From positions 34,468,391-34,532,243 of the forward strand of contig JARDVH010000140.1 of NCBI GenBank assembly GCA_030324005.1: a stretch of 63,853 nucleotides of DNA, read 5' to 3'. How positions within the stretch are numbered: the first letter of the stretch is position 1; the number at the start of each line of letters is the position of its first letter. The position numbers were made by a program, and so were the translations under genes. Below are positions 13,598 through 27,209 of the stretch, piece by piece. The stretch comes from Negaprion brevirostris. Its lineage: Eukaryota. The notes beneath the pieces are model-generated. The model made no database searches, was not told the origin of the DNA, and saw nothing but the letters and a program-made list of their open reading frames with translations.

Positions 13598-13890
13598 CAG
13601 AAAGAAAGACTTGTGTTTATATGGTTCCTTTCATTACCTCAGGATGAATCAGTGAATTTTGAAGCTCATTTTTTTGTGGTGGTCACTTTAGTGCTGCAGG
13701 TAATACAACAGGCAATTTGGGTACAGCAACCACCCCCACCCCTTAACAGCAATGTGAGAATGACTAGATAATAATGTGTTGGCTGATAGATAAATGTGGG
13801 CCAGGACAATGAGAAGGACTCCCATGATTTTCTTCAAAATAGTTTTGGGGGATCTTTGACATCCACCTGACAGATAAGGCTTCAATTTAA
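13598..13890 (-). mobile_element. Deu-domain SINE fragment
   Basis: AAAGACTTGTGTTTATATGG..ACAGCAATGTGAGAATGAC..GGCCAGGACA..CATCCACCTGA matches the 5130 copy. Confidence 0.55.
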
Positions 13891-14034
13891 CATTGTGTGC
13901 TTGGATCTGTCAGATACAAAGTCCAAGGATAGTTGCTGGGTAATGATCATGATCAGGAGTGCTACCTACATTTTTTCTTTCTTTACTCAGCCACACTGAG
14001 GCAGGAGTCCCTCTGGTGTCCTATGCCCAAACAT

Positions 14035-15312
14035 CTTCAGTTTCCTGATCAATGACCTTCCCTTCATCATAAGGTCAGAAGGGAGGATGATTGAACAATG
14101 TTCAGCACCATTTGTAACTCCTTACATGCTGCTGCAGTCAGTGTCTATATGTAGAAAGACCTTGACAACATTTAGGCTTGATCTGATAAGTGGCAAGTGA
14201 CATTCGCACCACAAAAGTGCTAGACAGTGACTGTATGCAATGTAAGAGAAGCTAGTCATCTTCCCTTGACACTCAATGGCATTACCATTATTGAATCCCC
14301 CAACTATCAACATCCTGGGGATTAATATTGAACATAAACTGAACTGGACCAGCCGTATAAATACTATAGCTATAAATACGTAGCTATAGGAACAAGTCAG
14401 AGGCTGGGTATTCTGTGGCAAGTAACTCACCTCCCGACTCCCCAGGGTCTACAAGGCACAAGTCAGGAATATGATGGAATACTCTTCACTTGCTTAGATG
14501 ACTGCAGCTCCAACTCAAGAAGTTCAACACTACCCAAGACAAATCAGCCTGTTTGATCAGCACCTGCTCAAACTTAAACATTCACCATTTCCCACAACCG
14601 ATGCACAATGGCAGCAGTGCATGCCATCTACAAGATAAGAGAGAGATGATGGCCTAGTGGTGTTTTCATTAGACTATTAATCCAGAAACTCAGCTAATTT
14701 TCTGGGAACCCTGGTTCAGATCCCATCATGGCAGGTAGTGTAATTTGAATGTAATAAAAATATCGGGAATTAAGAATCGACTGATGACCATGAAACCATT
14801 ATCGATTGTTANNNNNNNNNNAGGGAGGGGAGTCTATGTCCTTACCTGATCTGGCCTACATGTGACTCCAGAGCCACAGCAATGTGGTTGACTCTCAACT
14901 GCCTTCCAAGGGCAACTAGGGATGGGCATTAAATGCTGACCAGCCAGCAACACCCATGTCCCATGAGTGAATAAAAAATATGCATTGCACCATCTCACCA
15001 AAGCTCCTTAAACAGCACCTTCCAAATCCATGGCTTCTTCCACCTGGAAAGACAAGGGCAGCAGATGCATGGGAAAAGAACCACCTGCAAGTTCCCCTCC
15101 AAGCCACACACCATCCTGCCTTGGAATTACATCAGCATTCCTCTGACATTCAGTCAACATCCTGGAACTCCCTACCTCACAGCATTGTGGGGTCTACTAG
15201 CCCCAGATAGACTGCAGCAGTTCAAGTAAGTAGTTCACCACCACCATCCCAAGGGTAATTGAAGATGGAAAACAAATATAGGCCTTGACAGTGACGTCTG
15301 CATCCCATGAAT
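14035..15312 (+). mobile_element. CR1 LINE 3' portion interrupted by a tRNA-derived SINE (14640-14979)
   Basis: Same RT segment as 9480-9990; sequence reads CATCTACAAGA|SINE|TGCATTGCA and ends in CATCCCATGAAT tail. Confidence 0.75.
14640..14979 (+). mobile_element. tRNA-derived SINE sharing the CR1 3' tail
   Basis: A-box-like TGGCCTAGTGG, B-box-like GGTTCAGATCC, core GACTCCAGAGCCACAGCAATGTGGTTGACTCT, tail CCCATGAGTGAATAAAAAA; relatives at ~33940-34150 (-) and 34322-35420. Confidence 0.7.
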
Positions 15313-18084
15313 NNNNNNNNNNNNNNNNNNNNNNNNNNNNNNNNNNNNNNNNNNNNNNNNNNNNNNNNNNNNNNNNNNNNNNNNNNNNNNNNNNNNNNNN
15401 NNNNNNNNNNNNAGGCCTTGACAGGGACGTCTGCATCCCATGAATATTATTTTCAAAAATTAGTGTGTCAGAACAGAATCCACGTTTCAAAAATTCAGAC
15501 ATTAGGAAATGTAGCAGCACAGATAGAAAGATGATTGGTGCACAAGATTAGATCTAATGGGCAGTGTATAGATTGGAGGTAAGTTAGAAGTGACGTGCGC
15601 AGTAATCAATACCAGGCTAATTTTCTCCCTCAGTATCTGAACAGACGCCAGAGTGTGGCGACTAGGGGATTTTCACAGTAACTTCATTGCAGTGTTAATG
15701 TTAACATACTTGTGACTAAAAAATAGTCTTTAATACTTTAAATCATTCAAACATGGGCAAAGGGAACAGGATATCATCTTCATTGATCACTTGAAATAAA
15801 GCATTTGACATATAAAGAGGAGCTGTAATAGTCTAACAGGTTTGTGGACATGTGAAAGTTGCTAATTAATTTAAAGATGTCTGGGATAATCCACTTGAAG
15901 AGAAAAATGTGGACTGGGAACATTCATTTAAGAGAAGGATTAAAATGTACAGATAAAGTGAGATCTAGGGTTCAAGTACATAATTGCTTGTGAATTAGAG
16001 CATCGTGTACAGTTCCACCCTACAGAAACAATATTTAGGTTATTGATTATGTATATTAACCAGCAAGTTATAGTGGGAAATTATGATCATGAGGAGAGAT
16101 ACTGGGACTAGTTTCATTGAACTGGATAAACCTAAGGAGATTTATAATGTTTTTATTCTTAAATTAATGTGCAGCTGGTTCACGACAAAAGACCAAAAAT
16201 GTAAAATTGCCACAAAGAGAATGAAGAGAGAAGTTAGAGGTTTCTTAATGGGGAGGGATATTAGAATTTGGAATGGATTGCTACTGGAGTGGTTGAGACA
16301 GAGGAATTCTATACGTTGGGATATTGGTGGTGCATTAAAGGAAAGGGTTAGGGTATTGGAGAGACATATAACATTGCATACATGTTAGTATATATTGATA
16401 AATGCAGTTTACAATTGTAGATCTATAATAATGTTCTTATTGTGTATTACATTCATGTTTATTAAATCTATTTACTAAATTAAATTCAAAACCTCATTCA
16501 TAAAGAAAGACAAGGTCTGGTATCTGTCCAATCCTGTGGAGAAATCCCAGTCCTAGCATCTGTTTGAGGGCGGCCCTGTTGCTAACAGGATGTCTGCATG
16601 TGCACAGGAAAAATAAACCACTACCTGTGCCTGTCACCACAATCAACTCTTAGCAGTTTGCATGCTGTCCCCCTCTTAGTTACCAGAGGCTATAAAATAT
16701 GCTAATGTACCACTTCCAGGCAAGAAAATTGTTCACAGTTTCTCTTGCCTCACTGCAGGATACTTAATGTTCGGTGGAAGCCAAAGGCTTCTCTTCCTTG
16801 ATGAAACTGAAATGACAGAAGCAGCAGGGGGCAGCCCACATGATGTTAATCTTTTAAAAATGATTAATAAATGAGCAAGAAGTAAAACTGCAGGGCAATT
16901 TGAAATGCAAGGCATTACTCAGAGCGAAACAGACCAATGAATAAGATTTGGTTTTAGAATGACCTTGAACTGAGAAGATTAACAGAATTTCACCTCTTTC
17001 ACCGCTGTTATTAGCATTGGCCTACCATAGAATGCAAAGCCAGGCCTCTGCGTCACAAATACACTCATCTAGCAGAAGACACAGAGCAAATCCCAGCCAT
17101 TGCACTCAATAGCGGTGAGGCATTGGGAGTTCTAGAAAGGGCTGGAAGTTTTGTCCAGTGCTTCAAAAGTGGGAGAAACAAGTACAAGAGATAAAGTGGT
17201 ACATGACATTTTTAGGATTTTGGAAGCAGACCGATCCTAAAAATTGGACTGGATTATTATTCTGATAACTACCCCATGACTCCAGCTGAAAGGTGCAGAT
17301 GTAATGGAGTGGTACGAGAGGAGTGGACTTGACAGTGATGCCCTTTGTGATCAAAAAGCTCACAGTTATAACAGGAATAACAGAAAATTTACTTGAATGA
17401 GGTTGTAGATGATTGCCAGCACCTGTGGAAATTAAATCTACTAGGAGTATCTTGGAAATAAAAGAAAATTCGTCAAGAATGTAGATTATACGGAATCCCC
17501 TAATTGTGGTTCATCCGCCACAAGTGGAACAATGACTTGGATCACCATAAAGTGTGTTGAGGTGCCACCTTCTGGCTGTTAATGGAACGGTACTTCTAAA
17601 GTCTTCGACTCTGAATTACAAGTTAGATTAAGCATTAGATAGTAATTGCAAATGCTGGAAATTTATAGCATGTCAGTCAGCAGGTGCAAATACAAAATCT
17701 GGCTAATATCTCTGGTTCCACAACATTGTTCGTTTTTATTTAATGACAGCACTGCACTTCTCAATGGAGTTATAAGCTCATCAGCGTCTCTACAAATTAA
17801 TTCTGCATCTTCTAGAATTTTAAAACTGTTATTGTTGCATACATCTTCCTTCTTTGATGTTTTCAGAACAAAGTTGTACAAGTATTATGAAGCTACATAT
17901 AGTACACAATCAGTCTAAGAGTACATGTATCTGAGTGATGTCAGAATATATATTGTAAATTAGTGGTGTAAGGGGACCCAAGTGATGAGAGTTTACATGT
18001 TATTAGTTAGATATACCCAAGTACCACGAGTACATGTTGTACCCAATATGCGAGTGAGATGAGAGAACATGTCCATGGACATGT

Positions 18085-18297
18085 ACCAACCAACGCAAGA
18101 ACAACTTCTTCCCTGCTGCCATCAGAGTTTTGAATGGACCTACCTCACATTAAGTTGATCTTTCTCTATACCCTAGCTATGACTGTAACACTACATTCTG
18201 CACTTTCTCCTTTCTTTCTTTATGTACATTATGCTTGGTCTGTATAGCACACAATAAACACTGTATATATTAATACAAGTGACAATAATAAATCAAA
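18085..18297 (+). mobile_element. Rex1/Babar-like LINE 3' end
   Basis: AAGAACAACTTCTTCCCTGCTGCCATCAGAGTTTTGAATGGACC encodes KNNFFPAAIRVLNGP, followed by a UTR ending CAATAATAAATCAAA. Confidence 0.55.
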
Positions 18298-21200
18298 AGT
18301 GTAAGAGTGGATGTTATATAAAAGATGTGAGTGCATGACTTGTACAAATGTGACATGAAAATCTGCACCACAGTTGAACTTTGCCACAAAGCAGCTCAGT
18401 GATCATAATTTCTCTAAGCTGTGTATGAAAATGCTGTTTTAGAGTTTGAATCCAACTGAAAAAAGCCTCTGATTTAACTTTGTCATTATATTTTGTTAAA
18501 TTATTTGTAGGTTATAAAGGCAGGTAAACAGGATATAGAGCAGACACAGAGGATATGGAGCAGAGCAGATACCAAGCACACAGGATAGGGAGCAGAGCAG
18601 ATACCAGGCAGACATTCAGGGCAGCACGCACAGCATGATGCCAACAACCTGTATTTCTATAGCGCTTTTAATACTATTGGCAGTCTTATAGCCCTTCACA
18701 GGACTACTGGCAGTGAATCATATTAGGAAATATTGAGTGGGATTTTCCAGCTATGCTCACCAAGACCAGAAAGTCCCACCTGAGCTCAATGGACCTTTAA
18801 GTGGTCCAGCGAATTTTCTGTCTCACCCGCTATGATTTCCACGATAGAAGACGGGAGAATTTTGACCGGAGACAAATAACTTGCTCACAAAAGGTAGGTT
18901 TTAAGGATTGTCTTAAAGGAGGAGACAGGTGGAGGCATAAAGGTTTAGGGAGAGTATTCAAGACTCTCAGGTCTTGGCAGCTGAAGGGACAGTCTCCTAT
19001 TAAAATTAGGATTCACAAAAGGTCATAAATGAAGTGAGAACAAAATCTTGGTGGGGTTTGAACTGGAAGAGCTACTGCGAAAGGGAAGGATGAAGAAATG
19101 GATAGATTTGAAAGCAAGGGGCGAGAATTTTAAAATTGTTAAGCTGCTTTAGTGGGAGCCAATGTAAGTTAATGAGAAGTGAAGTGTACCCATCTCCCGA
19201 GCATCGTATTCCATATGCGCCAGCATCTCTGGTTTTGGAGATCATTGGCTCAGTGATGCTGACACTGAGTCGAAAGCTTGGGTTTAAATCCCACTCCAGG
19301 ACTTGTTGATCATGGAAGGAGTGTTCATGGTTCAACAGGCTAACAATTAGCCTGCTGAACTTTCCAACCCTTCCTCAATATTGCCCAAAGAGAAAACAAG
19401 TGCTGGAAGATACAAACCTTTATGCATCAATACCTCAGCACTTTGTTGAGCCTCATAGAAATTTGCAACATTGGAGGCCATTCAGCCCATTATATCTTTG
19501 CCTTCCAAATGGTAGCCATCCAACCTAGACCACAGCTAGTAACTGGGATTATGTAGCTATGGCATTTCAAGTGCATATCCAAATATCTTATAAATGTTAC
19601 GATGGTTTCTGTCTCTACCAACCTCTGTGAGCTCGAAAACCCCTTTGCCTTCTGAGTGAAGAACAAAATCCCTCAAACCTCCTACTTCTTCAATCGATGT
19701 TCCCTGTTTTGAGCCCCTCACACAAGGGGAGTAGAGCTTGCCAATCCACTGTCTTTAGAGCGCTCGTAATTTTATACACTTCGTTAGTCTCCTGTCAGTC
19801 TCTGCTGTTCCAAAAATAAACATCTCTAGCCCATTCAATTTTTCTTCTTTTCTGCACTCTCCATTGCACCTGGACCCTCTCTAATCCAAACACCTTTTTC
19901 TATATTGGGTGACTAAATCTTCAAACATTATTTCAGCTCCGGCCTTAGTAGTGCTTTGTATAGCTCCAGCATAACCTCCCAGACCTTGAACCATGTCCAG
20001 CGTCACATTCCAATGAGAGCCCAGCTTCATGCTTATATGTATACACTAATATAGGGGGAACTCGGAAGTGANNNNNNNNNNNNNNNNNNNNNNNNNNNNN
20101 NNNNNNNNNNNNNNNNNNNNNNNNNNNNNNNNNNNNNNNNNNNNNNNNNNNNNNNNNNNNNNNNNNNNNNNNNNNNNNNNNNNNNNNNNNNNNNNNNNNN
20201 NNNNNNNNNNNNNNNNNNNNNNNNNNNNNNNNNNNNNNNNNNNNNNNNNNNNNNNNNNNNNNNNNNNNNNNNNNNNNNNNNNNNNNNNNNNNNNNNNNNN
20301 NNNNNNNNNNNNNNNNNNNNNNNNNNNNNNNNNNNNNNNNNNNNNNNNNNNNNNNNNNNNNNNNNNNNNNNNNNNNNNNNNNNNNNNNNNNNNNNNNNNN
20401 NNNNNNNNNNNNNNNCATATATCTATACAGGTCAAAGTGTATTAAATATAAATCTCTGAAATGGTTTCTACATTGGCTTAAGGCACAATCTTACAAGGCA
20501 ATCAGAATGATGCTAAGTACAACCTTCTAAATAATTTAATTCAATATACATTGTTCACCAGAATACAATTTAACATTTGTGTCAATAACGCTGCTTAATC
20601 AGACATAGCTCTTCCATTGAGATGTGACAGCAGGTGTTCCTTGGCCCTTGCTCATTGCATATTAATAGCTCTCATTTATCACACCTGACAGTATACTTTA
20701 AGTAGGGAATTAGCTAGATACTAAAGAGTAGACTTATCTAGGTGGTGCAGCTTGCAAAGAAAAAGATAGTGATGTTTACCATATAGCTGTATATCTGCAA
20801 ACCATTGCTCACTGGCACAATTGATATTTAATTGTATTTAACAGACTTTATGTTCTTTGTTTGTTTCTAAAGAAAAACAGGATTTAATTTTAGTGGGACA
20901 TAAACAGTGATGGTATGTTTCACATTTTCATGTTCACAACGGGTTAATGTTTGCAGTTTCCAAAATGCATTTTACAGCATGTGAAACTTCTACTGAAAAA
21001 GTGCCAATGATTCCCCATTGGAAATGCATTTCAGCCTGGGTCCCACCTATTGTACAAAATAACTGCACTCCTGTAGGAAGACATTTTCTATCAGACTACC
21101 TCAACAATTTAAATTTCTAAGTTGTAATGGTGAGGAATCAATAACCACATGTAAAGGGTAAAAACTTGTTTTCATCAATTGCCAATATTCTACATTGCTG

Positions 21201-24200
21201 ACAATAATGACTCGTAGTGCAAATTTAGGATTTGCATCATGAACAGGCAACGTACAAAATTCAAACAAACTAGAAGAACACAAGCAAATAAAACCAAGCT
21301 TACATTACCTGGTTTTCACTCCTTATTGTAGCACTTCTGTGGGCACAGTAATAACAATTAATACACAACAACCTGTTTGAAAACTTAAAAATTAAATCTG
21401 GTGCAGGTAAAAGGACGAAATGAATCAGGGTAAAACTGAATGCACACTTCAGTCTAGTCGGTTGATCATGGTGAATTGGGCTATAATCTAGTGAAAAGTG
21501 GCATTTTATGCTGGAAACCCCTACTGATCATACCAAATTCCTTACTTCAAAAGCATCTTCCCCTTCCACTCTCTCCCTCTTACTGTATCCCCTGACAATA
21601 ATGGTTTAGGTTTACTTTCTGCCACCCGTGCAATCCAATTTACATCTTTCCTCTCTGAAGTCTTACTGAGACATGATTCCACAAGGACTACAGACCTCCT
21701 TCACATTAAAAGGCCAGACTGGGAGTTTTGGGAGGCTATTCAATTGTGAAGCAGATCATTCATAATAATTTATCAATTTCTAAAATTCCAAATTATGCCT
21801 TAAGATAGGGCACAATTTGGATCAGTTTAAGTATATACTAAATTTGTTATAAATCTACCCATTACTACAATCAGTTTATCACACATTACAAATGTTGTTG
21901 TGGGATGCATCTGATAACATAATCGTAAGTACTCAGGTGAACTTTACACATTAATTGAAAGGCTGAAGTTCACTTCAGAATACACCAATACTAGCACCAA
22001 AGGGCAATTCAGACATGAGCACACAAGAGTGCAGCGTGTTGGGACCCCGAATGTGAGAATTTGTCAACAGACTGTCCGAGATATCACATCGGTGCAAAAT
22101 ACCTCAGGTTACTCTAGCAGTCATTCAGCTGGAACACGAGTTAGAGTCATTCAATACATAAGGGAAGGGGAGGAACACCTGGCTAATTTACTTCAGGTAG
22201 AGTCACAGCATGCAGAAATACAGGTATAGAATCAGGAGCGTATTACTGATAGCAAGATAGGGAGAATGAAATGGAGGCAGGGAATTGAGTTGTATTTCAG
22301 GCCTGACTCTGCATTGACACCATCACCAAGTGAGAGCTGCTTTGCACTGATGCTACATTTGCAGTGTAAATGCAGTCTAAGCCTGCAATTACTATTAAAG
22401 TTTAGTTACAAGTAAGGCTTACATTAACATTGCAATGAAGTTGCTGTGAAATTCCCCTAGTCNNNNNNNNNNNNNNNNNNNNNNNNNNNNNNNNNNNNNN
22501 NNNNNNNNNNNNNNNNNNNNNNNNNNNNNNNNNNNNNNNNNNNNNNNNNNNNNNNNNNNNNNCCAGAGGTTTAATGGAAAGTTCCAGGACTGGGAAGCCT
22601 CAGAGATTCAATGCAACATCCAAAAGACCAATTTACAGTAGGTGTTAAAGAGCTGAAAACCCAGCATCATGTGAGCATTCTTACTCTTTGTGCCAAGAGT
22701 AGAAAGGGTATGTGTTTGACTTGGAACATTATAGATAGCTAGCTGTTAAGAATCATACTATATCATGTTTGAATATTATAACTGGTAGAAGTTATCCTAA
22801 TTCGTTATATTATGCTTGAACTGGGTTCTTAAATAAACTTTGTTTGGTAAAAGCTTCCTAGTAGCTCAATTGAATCACATCTGGAGCGAAATACATTACG
22901 CTCACCCATGCCAAGTTCAAATGTAAAAGCTTATGATCTAGGCAATCTTCATCAAACACCTTGTAATTTCTTGCCTGGGTTTCAACATATAACCTGAACA
23001 TATTTTACACAATGGAAAAGGGACCCTGCTAGTGATTCTGCAGTAGTTACCAGCTGCAGTCTCAGTATTGTGCTTAGAGAAGGTTGGGGCATGAAAAATA
23101 ATAGGTTAGCAGAAATATGAACATTGCTTTGTAAGTGGAGGCCCTTTTAAGGGTAGAGATTTAAGTTTAAGTTTTAAGTTTTAGTTGGACATATTGCAGT
23201 TGGAGTCAGGCCACTGAGGAGTGTCAACTCTGTCAGGAGAAACTGAATAGGACAAGAAAGTTACAAAGAGGCTTCCTAAGGGATAAGTTACAGTCTAGAT
23301 AACCAAGGAATTGTGACAGAAAGAATACCTAAAGACGACTAGAGTTAAAAGAACAGAGACAAGTGTTTTGTATAGAACAATTCAAGGAAGAATAAACAAA
23401 TTGTTTTGAGTTAAAGAGACAATTGCAGTGACCAGATTTAAAGTTGGACAGTGGAGTTCAGAATTAATGAGATGTTTGATGCCATTTAACTGAGAGTTAA
23501 AGCAATTGTGTACCATTTGTCAGGGTAAGTAGTCAAGACAAAGAAATGCTAAAAGAACTGATGTAAAACTGGACTGGAGGTGCCATTTAAAGGGGAGTGG
23601 AATCTTTGTTTAGAAGTGTCATTGGGCAGACCCGGAATGGATTTTGAAATGCAAACCTCTAAAGGAAATCATTATTATCAGAGAAGATTTTAATGTATGG
23701 TTTAGAAACTCTCAAATGACAATCATCTATGGTGGGGCGGGGGGTGGAGGGGGGAGAGGATTCTGAGGAGTAATTTGCAGTCACTAAATTAGTTCAAAGC
23801 AGAGTGTGTGTATTTGACCAGAGCAAATCTGTGTGGTCAAAAGGGACTTTATGTGAATTAAACCATTGTAGTTTAAGATATACTTTGTAATCTATGATAA
23901 TCTTAAAATAAGTGTGTATTTGTTAAGCTAAAGTGTGGGGAATAATGAAATATTCCATATTTTTCATGTTTAAAAAATATTTTTTCTCAGTATTAAAACT
24001 AATTAGTGATCCTGTGACTCTGTTCCTCTACATTTTGTAAAGAAAAAATAAAAAAGTTATGGGGTGGAATTTTCCCATATCATCCACTACAGGAATTGTA
24101 GCAGGTGGGGGCAAACAATGCAAAGGTCCATTGACCTTTAGTAGAATTTTCCGTTTTTGGGGCAAGCATGGCAGAAAATCCCATGGTCTTTGAATGAGTA

Positions 24201-24489
24201 TTGCATTCTGAGATCTTCTCTCCAGTTATGCCATCAACTGGGCTTGTAAAAAAGTTTACATACTTGTATTACTCTCAGCAGAATACCAGTGATATATTAT
24301 TAAGTACTCTAACTATTTGCGAAGTTTGGAGATTTAGTTTTAAAAACTTATCTATTTAGTATGGACTTCAATCCCGAGTATGCTCACATAATGCAATCGT
24401 AGAAGAATCTAACAATTCTAAAGCATTAAGCAAAGTCTGTAGCCATTGTTAAATTGTAATACATATATATACACTAAAGACTTTAGAAA

Positions 24490-24925
24490 ATTAAATATTG
24501 GGAAAACTAAAGCCATTGTCTTTGGTCCTCACCACAAATTTGGTTCCCTGTTCACCAAGTTCCCTCTCCTTGACAACTTTCTGAGATTAAACTAGACTGT
24601 AGGCAAGCTTGGCATTATATTTGACCCAGAACTGAGATTCAAACCACATGTTCACACTAAGACTGTCTAATTCCACCTCAAAAATATGTCTTGACTTTGT
24701 CCTCCCTTATCTCCTCTGCTGCTGTAACCCATACTTGTGCCCTTATTAGCTCCGGACTTCACTATTCCAATACAAAGCTGTTTGGTCTCCTACGTTTCAC
24801 CCTCCACAAACTTCAGGTGATCCACAGCTCCACTGCCTGCGAATATGAAGTCCAGTTCACTATCAACTCATTGCTTGATGGGCACCTGGTCAAACGATGC
24901 CTTAACTTTAAAATTCTGATCCTTT
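24490..24925 (+). mobile_element. L2-like LINE RT C-terminal fragment
   Basis: LNIGKTKAIVFGP..LGIIFDPELRFKPHV..LHYSN motifs; similar fragment at ~46820-47460. Confidence 0.65.
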
Positions 24926-24932
24926 ATTTTCG

Positions 24933-25264
24933 TAGAAATCCTACAGTGCAGAAGGAGACCATTTTGCCCATTGAATCTGCACCAACAACAATCCCACCTA
25001 GACCCTATCCCCGTAACCACACATATTTACCCAGCTAGTCTCACTAACCTACACATCTTGGGACACTAATGGGCAATTTCACATGGCCAATGCACCTAAC
25101 CCACACATCTTTGGACTGTGGGAGGAAACCGGAGCACCCGGAGGAAATTCAAGCAGACACAAGGAGAACGTGCAAATTCCACACAGTGACTCAAGCCAGG
25201 AATCGAACCCGGGTCCCTGGAGCTGCGAGGCAGCAGTGGTAACAACTGTGCCATTGTGCCACCC
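24933..25264 (-). mobile_element. HE1/V-SINE-like SINE
   Basis: Near full-length reverse-complement match to the 28706 copy. Confidence 0.85.
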
Positions 25265-26185
25265 AATTCCTCTTAGATCCCTCCCTATCTCTGTAATCTC
25301 CTCCAGCCCCACAATTCTCCAAGATAGCTCTGCTCATCTAACGTTGACTTCTTGCATGTAAAAGTTCACATTAGAAGCATACATGATGCTGATGTTATAA
25401 TGATGTCAGATCACATGTCTGAAATGTACAAGAGATCTTGAAGGCAAAGAAGTAGAGTTCTAAATGTGTAAACCAGAGAATTCCAGCCTACATACTTGAG
25501 CGGCATGCTTTGTGAAAATAGACAATTCCCAAAAGCCCCGTCAATTTCCCAACCATGCAACAAAAAACTAAACATCCCCAATTTTAATTTCTTCACTATT
25601 GGAGACTTTACTGTCAGCTGCCTGGACCCTGAGCTCTCGAAATCTGTCCTTAAATCTCTCAGAGTCTCAGCCCGGAATTCTCCAGCCATTCACACAGCGG
25701 GATTCTCCAGTCCTGAAAGCAGCGCACCACCGGCTTCATGTTTCCCGCCGGCGTGGGGTGACATGAATGAGAATTCCCATTGACAGCGGCTGGGAGATTG
25801 GAGAATCTCGTCCTCTGTCTCTCTTAAATCCTATCTCTTCAGTCATCTGCCACAATATTGTCTATTGGATTGGTGTCTAATTTTGCTTTATAATGCTCCT
25901 GTGAATTGCATTGGGAAATGTTATTACAATATTTTAATACAAGTTGCTATTTTTGAATTATAGGTCAGTGAACAAATCAATACATTCTGATTGCTGGGGA
26001 AAAATTGAGATTGCCCTTTAGTTAATTAGAACTTGTACACCCACTTTTATTGGATTCATCAAAGCATAACTCAGACATTTATGTATTTCACTTGTTAGTC
26101 GTTTCAGCTGAAAATCCTGAATTTTGATAATGAGTGAAGAAATTGCAGAAATGTGACATTTTAATTATTTATATAATTTAAATGT

Positions 26186-26445
26186 AAAGTTTATTTATTG
26201 GTCACAAAGCAAGGCTTACATTAACATTGCAATGAAGTTGCTGTGAAATTCCCCTAGTCACCACACTCCAGTGCCTGTTCAGGTCAATGCACCTAATCAG
26301 CACATCTTTCAGACTGTGGAAGGAAACCCACGTAGATATGGAGAGAAATGTGCAAACTCCACACAGACAGGAATTCCCAAGCCAGGAATTGAACCCGGGT
26401 CCCTGGCACTGTGATGCAGCAGTGCTAACCAGTGCCACCCACACT
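26186..26445 (-). mobile_element. V-SINE-like SINE with an alternative 3' tail
   Basis: HE1-type head and core, but tail GACTAGGGGA(A/T)TTTCACAG..TTCATTGCA..GTTAATGTAAGC..AATAAA, as also seen at 48420-48510, 15650-15740 and 22400-22462. Confidence 0.75.
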
Positions 26446-26939
26446 GGTACCATTGGATGCAAAAATATTCTAGCACTCAAAACCATTTTAGGGTCCAATA
26501 TTCCCTATACCTCAGTTATTTTCAAACTACAGAGAATAACATTCAGCCAGCATTAAAGAACAAACTAAAACTAACCGTGTAATCTGTGTTCAATCACAGA
26601 GCCAGCAACAAAAGGAAAACTGTCATGAATAAGAATGGGATATGCTGGAAGTCTGTCTGACTACAGAGGTTATTAAGTTCTGAACCCAGGCTTTCAAAAA
26701 AAAAGTGCTGACTGATCCTTTTCAAATGCCAACATTTTCTATTTTAAACTTCCAAAATTGTCAGTAGTTTTTTTACATTCTGTTATCAAACAGTAATGTG
26801 ATTGCAGTAGTAAACATCCTAATGGCTGGCAATGCTGTAATTGCAAGAATGTTGCAGCTATTGTTACTAGTTTACAAAATCTGGCTATGAGAATGTGCCC
26901 ACATCTGGTTGGCCACATCATCTTGAGTGGCAAAACAGC

Positions 26940-27148
26940 CATGATGTGGAGATGCCTGCGTCGGACTGGGGTAAACACAGAAAGAAGGCTCACGACACCA
27001 GGTTAAAGTCCAACAGGTTTATTCGGTGGCACAAACCACTAGCTTTCGGAGTGCTGCTCCTTCATCAGATGAGATTATTAGTGGCCCGTGGCTTGTGCTA
27101 CAAAATAAACCCGTTCGACTTTAACCCGGTGTTGAGAGACTTCTTACT
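26940..27148. mobile_element. Penelope-derived fold-back element with a 13-bp target-site duplication
   Basis: Inverted arms (CACCAGGTTAAAGTCCAACAGGTTTATT / AATAAACCCGTTCGACTTTAACCCGGTG); direct repeat GTGGCAAAACAGC at 26927-26939 and 27149-27161. Confidence 0.8.
27036..27073 (-). ncRNA. Minimal type I hammerhead ribozyme motif
   Basis: Minus strand reads CAU-CUGAUGA-A-GGAG-CAGCA-CUCC-GAAA-GCUA-GUG: intact core boxes, stem II, palindromic AGCU stem III. Confidence 0.65.
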
Positions 27149-27209
27149 GTGGCAAAACAGCAGCAGGCACACATGAAATAATGTTAGCTCATGTGGGAGC
27201 CTCATTCAT

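Noticed and set aside
15280..15445. Direct duplication across a gap, also at ~31553-31781 and 53159-53290
   Set aside because: Near-identical sequence on both sides of ~100-N gaps indicates unmerged contig overlaps
18525..18615. Short tandem duplication of AGGATA..GAGCAGAGCAGATACCA
   Set aside because: Two to three degenerate units with no sign of function
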